Shown here one piece after another: positions 9,477 through 18,932 of a DNA stretch of 64,000 bases; within the stretch, counting starts at the first letter, position 1; every line of letters begins with the position of its first letter. The DNA comes from a virus (taxonomy: Duplodnaviria; Caudoviricetes): the IMG/VR virus record IMGVR_UViG_3300042975_000096; one strand, 5' to 3'. Made by a program: the position numbers and the translations under genes. The notes under the pieces are model-generated. The model saw nothing but the letters and a program-made list of their open reading frames with translations, searched no databases and was not told the origin of the DNA.

Positions 9477-10505
9477 TTATTCTAAATTTTTATTCCCAAA
9501 TGTTACATCATAACTGATATTTCCTTTATCAATCAGCTTTTTCGTTTCATTATCATATAACAATAGACTCATCGTATGATTTCCTGTATTATGGAACTTT
9601 AATGAAAATACTTCACTATATCCACTTTTCGTTAACTCTAAATTCTCTATCATAAATTCATTTTCTCTATATTGCGGTACGTAATTCGCGCCATATATCG
9701 TTGTGTCATTACAACGTAAAAATAATGTGCATTTCGCATTGTCATTTAAACTATCATATGATTTTATCTTTATCGCTACTTGTACAAAATCTTCTTCGCT
9801 TTCATTAACAATGTTTATCGTTTCATTGTTATATATGAATTTGTAATCTTTATGCGTATCTGTATCATCTTTCTTTGGATTGTCATCATAACCTACTCGC
9901 GTTATGTACGGTTCTCCACTATCTTTGAATCTTACTATATATTCTAATCCACTATCAGATAAAACATGATACTCTTTTTTCGGCTCTAATGCTAATTTAA
10001 TTTTATCTAATGCTAAATTTACTTCTTCATATTTATCATAAAATTCTTTTAACTGCTTTCTATCCGCTTCACTGAATCCTTGTTCCTCTAATGAACATTT
10101 ACAAGTGCACGTCGTATCATTATCGCCACTATATGTATAAATTTGTCTTAAATCATATATCATATCATTTGTTATCATCGCACTAGTAGCACTTACTTCT
10201 ATAATGCATAAATGAAAACAATTGTTCGGCAACGTCGGTATCATTTTTTGTTCCGTACTTTGCACCCCATAAGTATAAACTAATTCTCCTTTTTCATTGA
10301 TGGATAAAACAACTAGCCAACTACCAATTCTAGGTGCTGTTATTACTTCACTGTCTTGCTCACTAAAATTTATAATTTGATTTTTATAGATGATTGTTCC
10401 TTGATTAATATGTACCGTCATATCAGGACAATCTAATTGTTCTACTTTAAACATGTCTATTATTTTTGAAGCTTTAAAATATTTGTCTGAATTTAATATG
10501 CTCAT
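9477..10505 (-). CDS. Hypothetical, possible virion structural protein
   Basis: 342-aa ORF in the head/packaging operon; beta-rich N- and C-terminal parts. Confidence 0.45.
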   Translation of the reverse strand: MSILNSDKYFKASKIIDMFKVEQLDCPDMTVHINQGTIIYKNQIINFSEQDSEVITAPRIGSWLVVLSINEKGELVYTYGVQSTEQKMIPTLPNNCFHLCIIEVSATSAMITNDMIYDLRQIYTYSGDNDTTCTCKCSLEEQGFSEADRKQLKEFYDKYEEVNLALDKIKLALEPKKEYHVLSDSGLEYIVRFKDSGEPYITRVGYDDNPKKDDTDTHKDYKFIYNNETINIVNESEEDFVQVAIKIKSYDSLNDNAKCTLFLRCNDTTIYGANYVPQYRENEFMIENLELTKSGYSEVFSLKFHNTGNHTMSLLLYDNETKKLIDKGNISYDVTFGNKNLE

Positions 10506-10509
10506 TATT

Positions 10510-11196
10510 TCACTTCCTCATATCTACGCAATAACTACCAATTATTTTCCCTAGACTGCTAATTACTTTGTTCTTTTTTAAAATCGTCTTTAATCGGCTG
10601 AATACACTCTTTTTTCTTAAATCAATTATATTCTTCTTCATACGTAAATCAATAATTGCTTTTTTCTCTGTCCTTAAATCTGCTACTACTAAATTATGCC
10701 TTAAATCAATAACGTTTTTTTCTTCTTTTCTTAAGTCCGCAATTTTACATTCAATTACTTCACTTCTTAAATCCGCTACTACTAAATCTTTTCTTAAATC
10801 AATAACATGTGCTACAATTTCATTCGCATTAACTTCTTTTTCTTTGAATCCTTGCTCAATTTTATTGATTCTATTTATAATCCTAGTCGCATTATAATTT
10901 ACACAATGATATGCATCGGATGCTCTAGTCCCTTTATATTTGCTCAGTCTACCAAAATATTTGTCCTTACATCCTTCTCCACGCAAATACATCTTTCCAT
11001 TCATACAATCAATTACTATGCTATCATATTTATCTTCATATTTGCTTGATAAACACACTTTAACATAACTGTTATTTCTTTTGCTCTTTAATTCATGACT
11101 CTTAAATTCTTTGTCTAAATAATCTACCAATGCTAATACAAAGTTGTTTTGCTTCGTATCTGTTGGTAATACCGTTAATCTAGCTAAACGTTTCAT
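10510..11196 (-). CDS. KRL-motif protein with repeated (V/I)(I/A)DLR units
   Basis: Starts MKRLAR; seven DLR units plus a terminal VDMRK; first gene of the operon. Confidence 0.6.
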   Translation of the reverse strand: MKRLARLTVLPTDTKQNNFVLALVDYLDKEFKSHELKSKRNNSYVKVCLSSKYEDKYDSIVIDCMNGKMYLRGEGCKDKYFGRLSKYKGTRASDAYHCVNYNATRIINRINKIEQGFKEKEVNANEIVAHVIDLRKDLVVADLRSEVIECKIADLRKEEKNVIDLRHNLVVADLRTEKKAIIDLRMKKNIIDLRKKSVFSRLKTILKKNKVISSLGKIIGSYCVDMRK

Positions 11197-11370
11197 TATA
11201 CATCTTCCCTTTTATTTTTTTCGTTTCTATATATTTTAAATCGATTTCGATTTTTTCATCTAATAATAATATAAAATATGCTTACAAAAAAATAAGAACT
11301 ATATCTCTTTTCTTTCCTTATAAAAATACTGTTACATAAATGATATTTCCCTATAAAAAGTCCTTTTATT

Positions 11371-11458
11371 ATTTTACACATTTTTATAGTATAATTACGT
11401 GCCATTTTACACACTTTTATATATAATTACGTGATAATTTACACATTTTCTATATATA
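11371..11458. repeat. About 2.7 tandem copies of a 33-bp repeat
   Basis: attttacacatttttatagtataattacgtgcc / attttacacacttttatatataattacgtgata / atttacacattttctatatata. Confidence 0.8.
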
Positions 11459-11461
11459 AAA

Positions 11462-11488
11462 AACGCCTACTAATAAAAAGTAGGCGTT
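11462..11488 (-). terminator. Rho-independent terminator
   Basis: aacgcctact...agtaggcgtt hairpin after ORF 11500. Confidence 0.7.
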
Positions 11489-11499
11489 AATATCTTCAT

Positions 11500-11973
11500 C
11501 TATATTCCAAATCGTTTTTCCCATGTGATTCGTAATGCGTTTATATACTCTTTTATGAATTCTGCATTTATAATCTTTAATTCGTTTATGTATTTTTCTA
11601 CTACTATTTTTTCTTTACACGTTAGATTTGGTTCTTCTATTTTTACGTTGTTAATATGTGGTCTTATATATGCTGAAAGTATATGATAGCTTTTTGTATC
11701 TGAAGTGCACAATCCTATATCATAACTGATATACTCTGAACGTTTGTTTTTATTGTTTTCTTTGAAAAAAATTGATGCATAAAGAAAATCATCTTTATAA
11801 GATTCTATTTTTCCACATAAACTAAAGTCATTCCCTCTTATTGTATTCTCCATTATAATAAATCTCATTAATTTTGTTTCTTTATGTTCCGTCAACAAAC
11901 GTTCTACTATTATTTGTTTGCTGTTTAATGTGATTCCTAATATTTGTAGTTTTCCTTCCATTATTATCATCAT
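11500..11973 (-). CDS. Small hypothetical protein, isolated member of the G-[ILV]-tail family
   Basis: Ends WEKRFGI. Confidence 0.65.
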   Translation of the reverse strand: MMIIMEGKLQILGITLNSKQIIVERLLTEHKETKLMRFIIMENTIRGNDFSLCGKIESYKDDFLYASIFFKENNKNKRSEYISYDIGLCTSDTKSYHILSAYIRPHINNVKIEEPNLTCKEKIVVEKYINELKIINAEFIKEYINALRITWEKRFGI

Positions 11974-12004
11974 TTATTTCCTTTTTTTATCTTGATTTAT
12001 ATAT

Positions 12005-12330
12005 TATATGACTGAACTAAAAAATGGTTAATAGATGGATTTTCGCATGATATTATAAAAAGTGGAAGCCTATATGGAATTATATAAGAGAAAAAGTGGA
12101 ATACTTATATGGTTATATTAAAAAAGTGGAAGCTAATCGTAATATATTAAACTATATGGATGGATTTTGTTTTTAAAAAGCATATAGACTATATAAGGTT
12201 ATATAGTCTATATTAGTAAAAGTTGAAACACATATACTCTATAATAGAAAAAGTGGAATATATAAGTTTATATGCTTATAAAAAAGTGGACGGTAATTGT
12301 AATATATTAAAAAAGTGGACGGTAAAATGC
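12005..12330 (+). repeat. Non-coding AAAAAGTGGA iteron-like array 1
   Basis: GTGGA cores at about 12062, 12096, 12126, 12253, 12286 and 12315, each after an A-run; 29-34 bp spacing within clusters. Confidence 0.75.
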
Positions 12331-12331
12331 G

Positions 12332-12613
12332 TTATGGTTTCATTCCCATACCCTGAAGTATATTTGAAAGCTCACATACTGCTAGATGACTTTGAAAACG
12401 CATCTCACAAAGAACACCGCAGTCTGTATCTTGATATTCTTTACGAATCTTTTTACAAAAATCGTTATCACCATTAGGCTTTATTTCATCGTCAAAAATA
12501 ATGCCACGAACCTCACGAAAACGAACTAACATTTCGATTAGCTCTTTCAACCTTTCATCTTCTTCATCAATCACATCTACATTTTTTGACTTTTTTTGTT
12601 TGTGTTTTCTCAT
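12332..12613 (-). CDS. Hypothetical protein
   Basis: ATG MRKHKQ after AGGAGG, coupled to the upstream stop. Confidence 0.6.
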   Translation of the reverse strand: MRKHKQKKSKNVDVIDEEDERLKELIEMLVRFREVRGIIFDDEIKPNGDNDFCKKIRKEYQDTDCGVLCEMRFQSHLAVCELSNILQGMGMKP

Positions 12614-12614
12614 T

Positions 12615-13489
12615 TTATTTATCCTCCTGTTTTGATAAAGCAATTTTTGACACAACTTTTTTAATAATGCCAATATATGCCATCTTAAGTTTGGTGTCGG
12701 ATTCAATAGCATCCATTTTATTCAATTTATTAATAGACGTTTTAGAATAACCCATTGAAGCACAACGCTTTTTCAAATTCGTAAGCCGTGCATTTAATCG
12801 CACATTAGTTACAATTTCAAGTTCATGATATGTTTTTGCGCGTAAATCCTGATAAGAAATCCCATTGATTTTAACGCAACGATTAATCAATGTATTAATT
12901 TCTTGTCTCCAATTTTTATCACCAAGAACTAATACGTCTGATACTGCATTGAATTTCTTTTCAATGTTATCGTTTTTCTGTAGCAATTCTTCGTTATCCC
13001 TCTGTAACTTCGCCACGCTCATTTGGAGAGCTTTTTGACCATGTTCCATACTGACCATTGCCTGCGATATTTTAAGGCACAGTTCGACCGGTGAGAGAGC
13101 CACACTGTATTGTCCTGTTTTACGAATCTGTGGCAAAACAATACTAGTTACCCAATGTTTGAAATCTTTGGCATTAGGAAGCTTACTTCCAAAAATCAAA
13201 CTATACATACCAGACTCGTTGATGAATACTGGATATTGCTTGCGACCGAGGGTGTCAATGACAAAAAACTGCAGACATATCAATGGTTTGCGATGGGTGA
13301 CTGTTTTGTTCACCCCATCATTTTATCATCGTCATCAACATGCATTCTAATAGCTTTCTGTGGATTTTCGTATCCCAATGCAGTAGCTACATCTTTTCCG
13401 ACGAACCATGGATTTCCTTCATCATCAATAATGACACGGACATTACCAAAAACCTCATTTGTAAAAACCTTAATCATTTCATTATCCAC
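12615..13489 (-). pseudogene. BRO-N domain antirepressor-like protein, split by one frameshift (possibly a sequencing indel)
   Basis: Frame 1 from GTG 13489: FTNEVFGNVRVIIDDEGNPWFVGKDVATALGYENPQKAIRMHV, stop at 13310-13312. Frame 2: INESGMYSLIFGSKLPNAKDFKHWVTSIVLPQIRKTGQY. Break lies at a G4 run. Confidence 0.85.
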
Positions 13490-13538
13490 ATTAAAACCTC
13501 TTCCTATTAATAATAGTGAATTTTTATTTATAGTTTAC

Positions 13539-13567
13539 ATTATATCATCATGGAAAATATTTGTCAA
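13539..13567 (-). promoter_or_regulatory. Host sigma-A type early promoter
   Basis: TTGACA-N17-TATAAT with extended -10 TG. Confidence 0.85.
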
Positions 13568-13836
13568 TAAGTTTATAACAAATAAAAAATGAAACCTGTT
13601 TTTAATTAAAAAACAGTTTCATTTTATCAGTTTTTCTGTTGTCCCTCAACTTTGCCATTCTATATACATGGCTTCAAATTTAGCGTTTTTCTGTTGCGCT
13701 CCAACTACATTGCCCCATATGTGCAATTTCAATTTGAGATTTTATGTGGTGCTGATACACCATATTATTTTAATTACTCTTAATAATTTTTAATATATGG
13801 TCAACGCAATCATGAATAGATTCATTATATATACGA

Positions 13837-14352
13837 TTATCTTCTATTCCTAATTTTGCGAAGCTTTCTGGTGAAAAAGTCTTTACTATCTGTGACAAAT
13901 CGTCTACACATTTCCACAAAATCACGATTACCTGATTCTTCTCGTGCAAATGCTCTTAACAATCTTGATTCTTCATTTACACATATATGTAATACCATAA
14001 CTTTTTTTGGATATTCTTCCATCAACTTCTTTGCTCCATCCAAAGTATTAATCATGATATATACATTATCAGATTTTATATCGATTTGATTATCAATACA
14101 TGTATAATAAATCCATTTTCCATGAACTGTATTATAAGTTCTGCTTTCGATTACTTTACCTGCATTTTTTAATTGATTAAATCTTTTTTTTGTTGTAAAG
14201 TAATATTCTTTTCCGTTTTTTTCTCCAATACGCATTGGTCTGGTAGTATAAGTGGTTACAGGTACAAGCTTATTAGTACCTCCAATTAATGATTTGAATA
14301 TTGTATCTTTACCTGCACAAGATTCTCCCACTAAACATATGATTTTCGCCAT
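13837..14352 (-). CDS. gmk: Guanylate kinase-like nucleoside monophosphate kinase
   Basis: P-loop GESCAGKDT, TTRPMRIGEKNGKEYYF; C-terminus probably frameshifted at the A-run near 13876. Confidence 0.85.
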   Translation of the reverse strand: MAKIICLVGESCAGKDTIFKSLIGGTNKLVPVTTYTTRPMRIGEKNGKEYYFTTKKRFNQLKNAGKVIESRTYNTVHGKWIYYTCIDNQIDIKSDNVYIMINTLDGAKKLMEEYPKKVMVLHICVNEESRLLRAFAREESGNRDFVEMCRRFVTDSKDFFTRKLRKIRNRR

Positions 14353-14747
14353 TAATTAATTTCCTCCATTTTAATAATATTAATTCCCAATTCGCTAAAA
14401 TAATTTCCCAAAATATATCTATGGCAATGATTATCATGGCAATAACAAATCAATGCAATAGATGATTCTTCTAATTTATTATAAATAAAATCTAAAGCTC
14501 TTTTGTTATTTATCATTTCTTGTCTATATCTCCAGACATAATCTTTCCACGTAATATTTTTTTTAATTTTCATATCAACGAATAGTTTTTGTGATGGTGA
14601 TAATATTGACATGTGATGCATATCATATTTTTTCATATTTTTAATTGGTACTCGCGCAATAAAAACCTTTACTATTGACTTATCTAATCTTTTAATATCA
14701 GATAACGAGCATAAATACAAATCATGTTTCAAAAATAATTCACCCAC
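14352..14747 (-). CDS. DUF488-like protein
   Basis: LSPSQKLF...WKDYVWRYRQEM...IALICYCHDNHCHRYIL. Confidence 0.7.
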   Translation of the reverse strand: MGELFLKHDLYLCSLSDIKRLDKSIVKVFIARVPIKNMKKYDMHHMSILSPSQKLFVDMKIKKNITWKDYVWRYRQEMINNKRALDFIYNKLEESSIALICYCHDNHCHRYILGNYFSELGINIIKMEEIN

Positions 14748-14786
14748 TTTTTAAAAAAGGCTTGTATTAATACAAGCCTTGAAAAA

Positions 14787-15323
14787 CTAATCGTCATCAT
14801 CTTCATCTATTGATTCTTTGTCTTTTTCTTCGTAATATTTAAATCCAGGAACTAATTCCGCACAACGCATAAATTTAAATACCAAATCGTTTGTAATTGA
14901 ACGACAAGTATTTCTTAATGTTGTTTCAAATCTTGTTCTCAATTTTTTATTTTTAGTTGGACGTTGTATTACTGTTATTATATTATTTTCATCAACATAT
15001 AATAATCCAAATTCCTTTAAAACTTTATCTTTTGGAATAACATCTGTTGGACACATAATATAAAAATAATTACAATGTGGGAAATATGACTTATCCAATT
15101 TGAATAATTTAGAATCACGTATATAATCTTTATAGGTTGCTTTAACCTCAATGACTCTAACTTCTTTTCGTTTTAAGCTTATTCCACACGCATCTGCAAT
15201 TGACCTTAAATTTCTAAATTTAGTTTCCGTTGAAACTAAATCTGTACAGTTCTTTTTCAAAAAAGCCGCCGCAACTATTTTCAATCTTTTATGTACGTTA
15301 CCTTCTGCCATATTTATCACCAC
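14787..15323 (-). CDS. PD-(D/E)XK nuclease-fold protein (MmcB-like)
   Basis: IADACG...VIEVKATYKDYIRD...CNYFYIMCP...FGLLYV. Confidence 0.65.
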   Translation of the reverse strand: MVINMAEGNVHKRLKIVAAAFLKKNCTDLVSTETKFRNLRSIADACGISLKRKEVRVIEVKATYKDYIRDSKLFKLDKSYFPHCNYFYIMCPTDVIPKDKVLKEFGLLYVDENNIITVIQRPTKNKKLRTRFETTLRNTCRSITNDLVFKFMRCAELVPGFKYYEEKDKESIDEDDDD

Positions 15324-15329
15324 ACAATC

Positions 15330-15788
15330 TTATTTTAGCATATCTTTAACAATATCAATTTTTTTATTAAGCGTTCTAATATCATCTTTTAAATTATCCA
15401 TTGTTAATTTATATCTATTTCTTTCATTTGTATTGTTTGCATTATCAAACAAATTACCATACAATTTCAAATCAATTTCTTTTAATACAATTTGATTTTG
15501 AAAACGATTTAACGTTTCAACAATAATATCTTTTTTACTTTTCAACGTTTCTCTTTCAACTGATATATTGAAGTCTTTATTATTTATTTTCATTAATACA
15601 TCTATAATATCTGTTTTTAATGCCTTTATTTCTTTAATTAAATCTTCATTATTGATAGATTCTTTTTTTTCTGAATGAAAATCTTGAATCGTTTCCTCAA
15701 CATTCGATTCATCTTCAATAGACAAAACCACATTTTCGTTTTTTGTTTCTTTTTTTACAATATTACTTTCATCTAAAAATTTATTCAT
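15330..15788 (-). CDS. Hypothetical coiled-coil protein
   Basis: Helical, charged ORF within the operon. Confidence 0.55.
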   Translation of the reverse strand: MNKFLDESNIVKKETKNENVVLSIEDESNVEETIQDFHSEKKESINNEDLIKEIKALKTDIIDVLMKINNKDFNISVERETLKSKKDIIVETLNRFQNQIVLKEIDLKLYGNLFDNANNTNERNRYKLTMDNLKDDIRTLNKKIDIVKDMLK

Positions 15789-16021
15789 TTTTTATCACAA
15801 TCCATATTCAAAAAAATAACATCGTTTTCTATGGTAAATATATATTTGCCAAAACATTCATCGAGCACATTAAAAATGTTTTGTGCACTAGTTGAAACTA
15901 ATGCAACTTTTTTACAATTATCTGCCATTGTTACATCATTTTTTTCACAAGACTTCTTTATTCTTGTTATATCATTGTATTCAAACAAATTAGTTCTAAA
16001 ATATCCCATAAAAACAATCAC
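15785..16021 (-). CDS. Hypothetical protein
   Basis: Overlap-coupled to both neighbours. Confidence 0.5.
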   Translation of the reverse strand: MIVFMGYFRTNLFEYNDITRIKKSCEKNDVTMADNCKKVALVSTSAQNIFNVLDECFGKYIFTIENDVIFLNMDCDKK

Positions 16022-16797
16022 TCCGTTGGTAACTCATATTCCCAAATAACCTTTACTGGAGATTCATAAGCAATATAAGTTAAATTATAATTTTCAGTTG
16101 TTAATGCAACGGGGTCTGGTTTCGGAACATTTCCGCTTGAAGAACCTGATGAACTTGAACCACTTGAACCACCACTGGCAATCAATTTATTATATTTAGC
16201 AATTGTATCATCTGTGGTTATAACATTATTGTTAGTTGTTCTTGATAAATAAAATTCACCTGTTTTATAATTAACTGAACCACTAATCATTTCAGAATCA
16301 TTATTCAAAACAAACTGACCTAAATTTTCTTTTGCTCTAGAATCAGTCATTACATTTCCCTTAGTATCTTTTACAGATAAATTCTCTGGTTTTAAACAAT
16401 AATTCCAATAAAACATCATACTTGTTATAGGGTCTTGAACCCTTTTTGGTTCAAGTAATTTTGAATAAGATTTAAATTCAATATTGTTTAATGTACATGT
16501 CTTTTTATGTTCTGCAATTTTATATAGAAACACCTTATTAGCATAATCCCCACTACAAGTACCTAAAACTTCAATGCCTAGCATATCATGTCCTTTTTCG
16601 AATATGTTCTTAAATTTACTTTTCATATCGTCAGTAAACTGGTCAGTATCTTGTTCTTCCAAATGTTTTGAAAAAGCTGACTTTGCATTTACTCCTAATC
16701 TCCAACCGTATCCCCTACTATTAATATAATCAATGTTGATTTTGTTATTCGTTTTAAAATCATCATAAGATGAAATAAAATCACTAAATTTAGACAT
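16018..16797 (-). CDS. Hypothetical, possible baseplate/tail protein
   Basis: GSVNYKTGEFYL motif, Ser/Gly linker, close to the PAAR gene. Confidence 0.45.
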   Translation of the reverse strand: MSKFSDFISSYDDFKTNNKINIDYINSRGYGWRLGVNAKSAFSKHLEEQDTDQFTDDMKSKFKNIFEKGHDMLGIEVLGTCSGDYANKVFLYKIAEHKKTCTLNNIEFKSYSKLLEPKRVQDPITSMMFYWNYCLKPENLSVKDTKGNVMTDSRAKENLGQFVLNNDSEMISGSVNYKTGEFYLSRTTNNNVITTDDTIAKYNKLIASGGSSGSSSSGSSSGNVPKPDPVALTTENYNLTYIAYESPVKVIWEYELPTE

Positions 16798-16803
16798 ACG
16801 TTT

Positions 16804-17313
16804 TCACCTCAATCCAATATTTTTTATATCACTAATCACCATTTCCGCATCAAACGGTGTTATTTCTTTATATTCAATATTATCAATTAAGTTTCTAATT
16901 TGCATATCCACAGTCCTTGCAACTGATTCATCACCAACTCGACCATCCGATTGCCAAAAACCATCAATTCTAGTTAACATATATTCAAAATTAGAATACT
17001 TGTAATATTCTTCCCAAACCATTTTTTCAAAAGTCTTTCCTTCATTACCATAGATTAAATTCAACAATAAAGGACTATCGCTAACAGCAATTTCCACACC
17101 TGACTTTTCCAAAGCACGTAATCGATGTGCTTGATTAGCAAAAAGCCAAAGCTGGTCTTTTAATGCTTCTAAATTTTGTTGGAGAATTTGTTCCTTTGCA
17201 TATTCTCCAACCAACTCTGTTTTGTACCCTAGTTTTTTTAATTTAGCAAATACTTCTGCCGATATAGTTGATTTACCTGCTCCTGCCCCAGCAAAAAAAT
17301 TAATAACAATCAT
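16804..17313 (-). CDS. P-loop NTPase/kinase (AAA_28, NadR-like)
   Basis: INFFAGAGAGKST Walker A; VSDSPLLL; DGRV. Confidence 0.75.
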   Translation of the reverse strand: MIVINFFAGAGAGKSTISAEVFAKLKKLGYKTELVGEYAKEQILQQNLEALKDQLWLFANQAHRLRALEKSGVEIAVSDSPLLLNLIYGNEGKTFEKMVWEEYYKYSNFEYMLTRIDGFWQSDGRVGDESVARTVDMQIRNLIDNIEYKEITPFDAEMVISDIKNIGLR

Positions 17314-17317
17314 CTAA

Positions 17318-17647
17318 TCATTCCTTATATGTGAAATCGCTACCTGTTACAATTGTACCTGTTCTATCATGAGGACATGTTTTACATCCCAAATCGCAAG
17401 TTCCAACGCAGACATCTGTAACCCGTGCGCGTTTTAATCCATCTGCATATGAATATTCACTACCAGTTATTATTTGACCTGATTTACCACAGGCAGTACA
17501 AATAACCTTATCTGTTATACGTGCAACTTTTAATCCATCATCATAAGTAATGTCACTACCTGTAGTAATAATACCAACTTGTGGGCCGTGTGGACAATCA
17601 ATTTTTACGGTATCACCGATTCTAGCTTGTTTAGGCAATAAACTCAA
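17318..17647 (-). CDS. PAAR-repeat baseplate spike tip protein
   Basis: QARIGD, VARITD and RARVTD repeats with CPH/CTAC metal ligands and IITGS repeats. Confidence 0.85.
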   Translation of the reverse strand: MSLLPKQARIGDTVKIDCPHGPQVGIITTGSDITYDDGLKVARITDKVICTACGKSGQIITGSEYSYADGLKRARVTDVCVGTCDLGCKTCPHDRTGTIVTGSDFTYKE

Positions 17648-18236
17648 TCCTCAATTCTGTATGATTTTTCTCTGCCTTTTCTAAAGATAAAAGTAATTCA
17701 TCTATAACAGAGTTTATTTTTATTTGTTCCATTTTGTGCGCAGATAAACTATCATTGATTACACATAATAATTCGTTTTTTTTCTTTCTTGTGTTTTTCT
17801 TCACAGAATTTTTTCGTTTATCAACAAAATGTATAGTTGCTTTTGTGTTGAATAAATCTTCATTACCTGATAGTTGAACCAATAGTGCATCCGTTTTCTC
17901 CAACTTATCTTTTATATCCAATAGTTCCATTTTTATGTTTTCAATGCTTTCAAATTGAATTACGTTTTCTTCATCACAAGAAAACATAAAACATTTATAT
18001 GTCTTCCCAAAATCTTCTAACGTAGAACTATTATCTTTTCGTTCAAAATTGTACCATACCATGTCTTTTAATAAATTAAAATAAGATTCTTCTATTGATA
18101 CCGTAGTAACTATATTGTTCTTGCAGTCATGAAAAATATTAGACAATACGCTTAATAATTCATATTCTTGAATTCCATTTTGTTCTAATAAAGAAACAAC
18201 TTTATTGGCAATGGGTGTTAAATTATTTTTTATCAT
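17631..18236 (-). CDS. Hypothetical protein
   Basis: 201-aa ORF overlapping its neighbours. Confidence 0.55.
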   Translation of the reverse strand: MIKNNLTPIANKVVSLLEQNGIQEYELLSVLSNIFHDCKNNIVTTVSIEESYFNLLKDMVWYNFERKDNSSTLEDFGKTYKCFMFSCDEENVIQFESIENIKMELLDIKDKLEKTDALLVQLSGNEDLFNTKATIHFVDKRKNSVKKNTRKKKNELLCVINDSLSAHKMEQIKINSVIDELLLSLEKAEKNHTELRIEFIA

Positions 18237-18570
18237 CTTTTCCTATTCCTTCCACTTTTATATCAATTGGCATTGGTATTCCATTTGACACATAAGTTTT
18301 ATAAGCTAACGATACACAATCTTTACATATAAAATTTTTATTATCTACTGAAAATAATGGCGCATCAATTCCAGAAGGATGACCACAAAAAATACATGTT
18401 GGTACATTCACATCTTCTGGTAAATCAAATGGTTGACCGTTCAACTTTAATGTTGTATTGTTTTCAAAAAAAATTTCTGTATTTCCGTTGTTTACCTCTA
18501 TCTTTTTTACTTTTTGTTTTAACAAATCTTCAATATTATTCTCCATATACTTTTGCCTTTCCATTTTCAT
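18223..18570 (-). CDS. ClpX-type C4 zinc-finger protein
   Basis: CIFCG-x14-FICKDCV resembles the ClpX N-terminal zinc-binding domain. Confidence 0.6.
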   Translation of the reverse strand: MKMERQKYMENNIEDLLKQKVKKIEVNNGNTEIFFENNTTLKLNGQPFDLPEDVNVPTCIFCGHPSGIDAPLFSVDNKNFICKDCVSLAYKTYVSNGIPMPIDIKVEGIGKDDKK

Positions 18571-18823
18571 TTAATATAACATTAACAACAACGACATCAT
18601 CTTTTACTGTTTGTTTAGCAATATACATTGTGTTTGTTGCTTTTGAATATACAATATATTCTTCGTGTTTTAATTCATCGACAATAACATAATCCTCTTG
18701 AAACTTTTCCAATTTTTGTTGTGCGCAACTTTCTTTTCTTAATCCAAGACCTGCCAAAATCACAAACACAATAATTAATGGCCAGGTTGTTTTTATTAAA
18801 ATTTTCATAGCGTTATAATACAT
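18536..18823 (-). CDS. Small membrane-anchored protein
   Basis: N-terminal hydrophobic segment WPLIIVFVILAGLGL. Confidence 0.6.
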   Translation of the reverse strand: MYYNAMKILIKTTWPLIIVFVILAGLGLRKESCAQQKLEKFQEDYVIVDELKHEEYIVYSKATNTMYIAKQTVKDDVVVVNVILNENGKAKVYGE

Positions 18824-18899
18824 TTACTATCCCCCACAATCATATTTTTTTATCTATAAATCATATAATACTTTTCACTATATTTATTGTATTCAAACG

Positions 18900-18931
18900 A
18901 AAAAAGACTAGATTTAAATCTAGTCTTTTTT
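18900..18931 (-). terminator. Rho-independent terminator ending the tail operon
   Basis: aaaaagactagatttaaatctagtcttttt. Confidence 0.8.
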
Positions 18932-18932
18932 T

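Noticed and set aside
12005-12330. CRISPR or guide-RNA array
   Set aside because: The constant unit is only about 10 nt, the intervening sequences are mutually similar AT-rich DNA rather than unique spacers, and no cas or nuclease partner is adjacent.
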